In this document: positions 62,572 to 64,000 of the stretch, piece by piece
Position numbering within the stretch: position 1 is the first letter of the stretch
Layout of the letters: each line of letters opens with the position of its first letter
NCBI GenBank assembly: GCA_965226795.1
Contig: CBDDDZ010000005.1
Location: forward strand, 192,001-256,000
From: Candidatus Latescibacterota bacterium
GTDB lineage: Bacteria > Latescibacterota > UBA2968 > GCA-2709665
DNA length: 64,000 nt
Direction: 5' to 3'
The notes under the pieces: generated by a model
What the model was told of the DNA's origin: nothing
The model's input: only the letters and a program-made list of their open reading frames with translations
Database searches by the model: none
Translations under genes and position numbers: made by a program

Positions 62572-63363
62572 ATGCGCAGGAATAGATTGAGTGAGTTGCT
62601 GAAGGCGGATCGGCCCAGTCTGGGGACCCACGTTCACAGCCCATGGCCGACCGTGATGGAACTGGTCGGAATATCCGGAATGTTCGACTACGTGGAATAC
62701 GTGTCGGAGTACGCACCGTACGACCTGCATACGTTCGAGAATCTTGCCAGGGCGATCGAGTTGTACGATATGTCATCGATGATCAAGGTGGAGCAGGAAC
62801 CGAGAGCGCACCTTGCTTCGCGGGCAATCGGCGCCGGCATTCAGAATGTGCTGTTCGCCGACGTGCGTTCCGTCTCGGACGCGCGCGAATGCGTTAAGGC
62901 GGTGCGTGCAGAAACGCCGGCTGCCGGAGGGCAGCACGGAGCCAGCATGCGCCGGACAATGCAGTTCGGGATGGCCGGTGGCCTGCCCGAGTTCGTGGAT
63001 GCCATGGAGGATGTCGTGATTGCCGTGATGATCGAAAAGGCGCCGGCGGTGGAGAATCTGGAGGCGTTGCTGTCCGTTGGCGGCGTGGATATGGTGCAGT
63101 TCGGACCGAGCGATTATTCCATGAGTATCGGGCATCCCGGCGAATATGGACACGAGAGAGTCAGAGAGGCGGAGGGGTTCGTCATCGAGACTTCGCTGAA
63201 GATGGGCGTGGCGCCGCGCGCGGAAATCAGCAGTCCGGACCAGGCCAGACGATATCTGGATATGGGGGTGAAACACTTCTGTATCGGTACGGATGTCAGC
63301 ATCCTGATGGACTGGTTCCGTACGCGGGGAGATGAGATGCGGCGGGTGCTGGAAGGCGCATGA
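62572..63363 (+). CDS. HpcH/HpaI aldolase family protein
   Basis: FDYVE, VMIE, FGPSDYSMSIG, GTDV. Confidence 0.88.
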   Translation: MRRNRLSELLKADRPSLGTHVHSPWPTVMELVGISGMFDYVEYVSEYAPYDLHTFENLARAIELYDMSSMIKVEQEPRAHLASRAIGAGIQNVLFADVRSVSDARECVKAVRAETPAAGGQHGASMRRTMQFGMAGGLPEFVDAMEDVVIAVMIEKAPAVENLEALLSVGGVDMVQFGPSDYSMSIGHPGEYGHERVREAEGFVIETSLKMGVAPRAEISSPDQARRYLDMGVKHFCIGTDVSILMDWFRTRGDEMRRVLEGA

Positions 63364-63553
63364 TGTTTCCAGCCGGACCCCTAACGAATTTCATTGCGGC
63401 GGTCACTGCGATTTCAGGGTTGCCCGGACCGACAGGAATCGAACATGAAGTACATATCCATCTGCTTTTCGCGGCGTCGGGATAACGACAGGTGCCGCGG
63501 ATTCAAGAGGCATGTTCGCTAAGCGCGACAGGCCGGAGGGAGGCGATTTTGTG

Positions 63554-64000
63554 ATGGCAGCGGATTCAACTGAAGTCGATCGGTCGGATCCTCACAGTCT
63601 CTGGAACGTGGATAGTCCTCGTATGCACGTGGGCACGCAGCGGTTCGACACAACGGACGAGCATCTGGCGTTTCTCTCTCGCCTTGGCGTGAACAGTATG
63701 GCCGCGAACGATATCACGTTCGATCGCGAGCGGGGTTGGGATGCCGAGGAACTTGCGGAGAAACGCGAGAAATGCCGGCGTTTCGGCGTCGACCTGGAAA
63801 TGGTGGCGTTGCCTCTCCACCAGTTCAACGACGACGGCGGGTCGACGCCCAACTATATGCTGGGGAATTGGAAAAAGGGAGAGAAGGAGATCGACCGCGT
63901 CTGCAGAATGGTGCAGGCGACGGCCGATGCCGGCATTCCGGCAATCAAGTATTTCCTGTGTGAGATGGAAAACCAGCGCACGGAAAGCGTGCCGCTCGGG
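63554..64000 (+). CDS. Mannonate dehydratase-like protein, 3'-partial (not in the ORF track)
   Basis: MAADSTE...MHVGTQR...LAFLSRLGV...GWDAEEL...YMLG...EIDRVCRMVQATADAGIPAIKYFL, open to the window end. Confidence 0.7.
   Translation, partial: MAADSTEVDRSDPHSLWNVDSPRMHVGTQRFDTTDEHLAFLSRLGVNSMAANDITFDRERGWDAEELAEKREKCRRFGVDLEMVALPLHQFNDDGGSTPNYMLGNWKKGEKEIDRVCRMVQATADAGIPAIKYFLCEMENQRTESVPLG

Noticed and set aside
63422..63445. Second tRNA-like fragment (minus GTTCGATTCCTGTCGGTCC)
   Set aside because: No CCA end and no matching stem; probably chance.

Overview
GC-rich bacterial chromosomal window. The gene repertoire (sulfatase, heparinase-like, DUF3604, BNR, ankyrin, TonB-dependent receptor) is reminiscent of host-associated Latescibacterota/Gemmatimonadota-like bacteria; this taxonomy is inference only. 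Ordinary content: a TPP-riboswitch-controlled thiamine operon (thiO-thiS-thiG-tenI/thiE2-thiD-thiE-cupin), infA, a CinA/PncC gene, a PhoX-like phosphatase, an Lhr-like helicase, TonB and a receptor, an ABC-F ATPase and several hydrolases. Accessory content: (1) a ~12.7 kb defence island (about 13.5-26.3 kb, AT-richer from ~17.4 kb) marked by a tRNA 3'-end fragment and a 13/14 bp flanking direct repeat. It holds an intact type IIG restriction-modification fusion, a ~1370-codon HNH-helical repeat-PIN gene broken by one TAA with a coupled 642 aa partner, and a frameshifted TIR gene with a winged-helix partner. (2) An intact 771 aa fusion of a McrA/McrB-type N-terminal head, a Vsr/DUF559-like nuclease and a nitrilase-superfamily domain with an E-K-C triad; this is the best candidate for an undescribed system. 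(3) Non-coding relics: a probable group II intron domain I fragment between mirrored hairpins, an IS4 remnant, several REP-like families and many short gene scars. All family calls come from motif recognition by eye, with no database searches.
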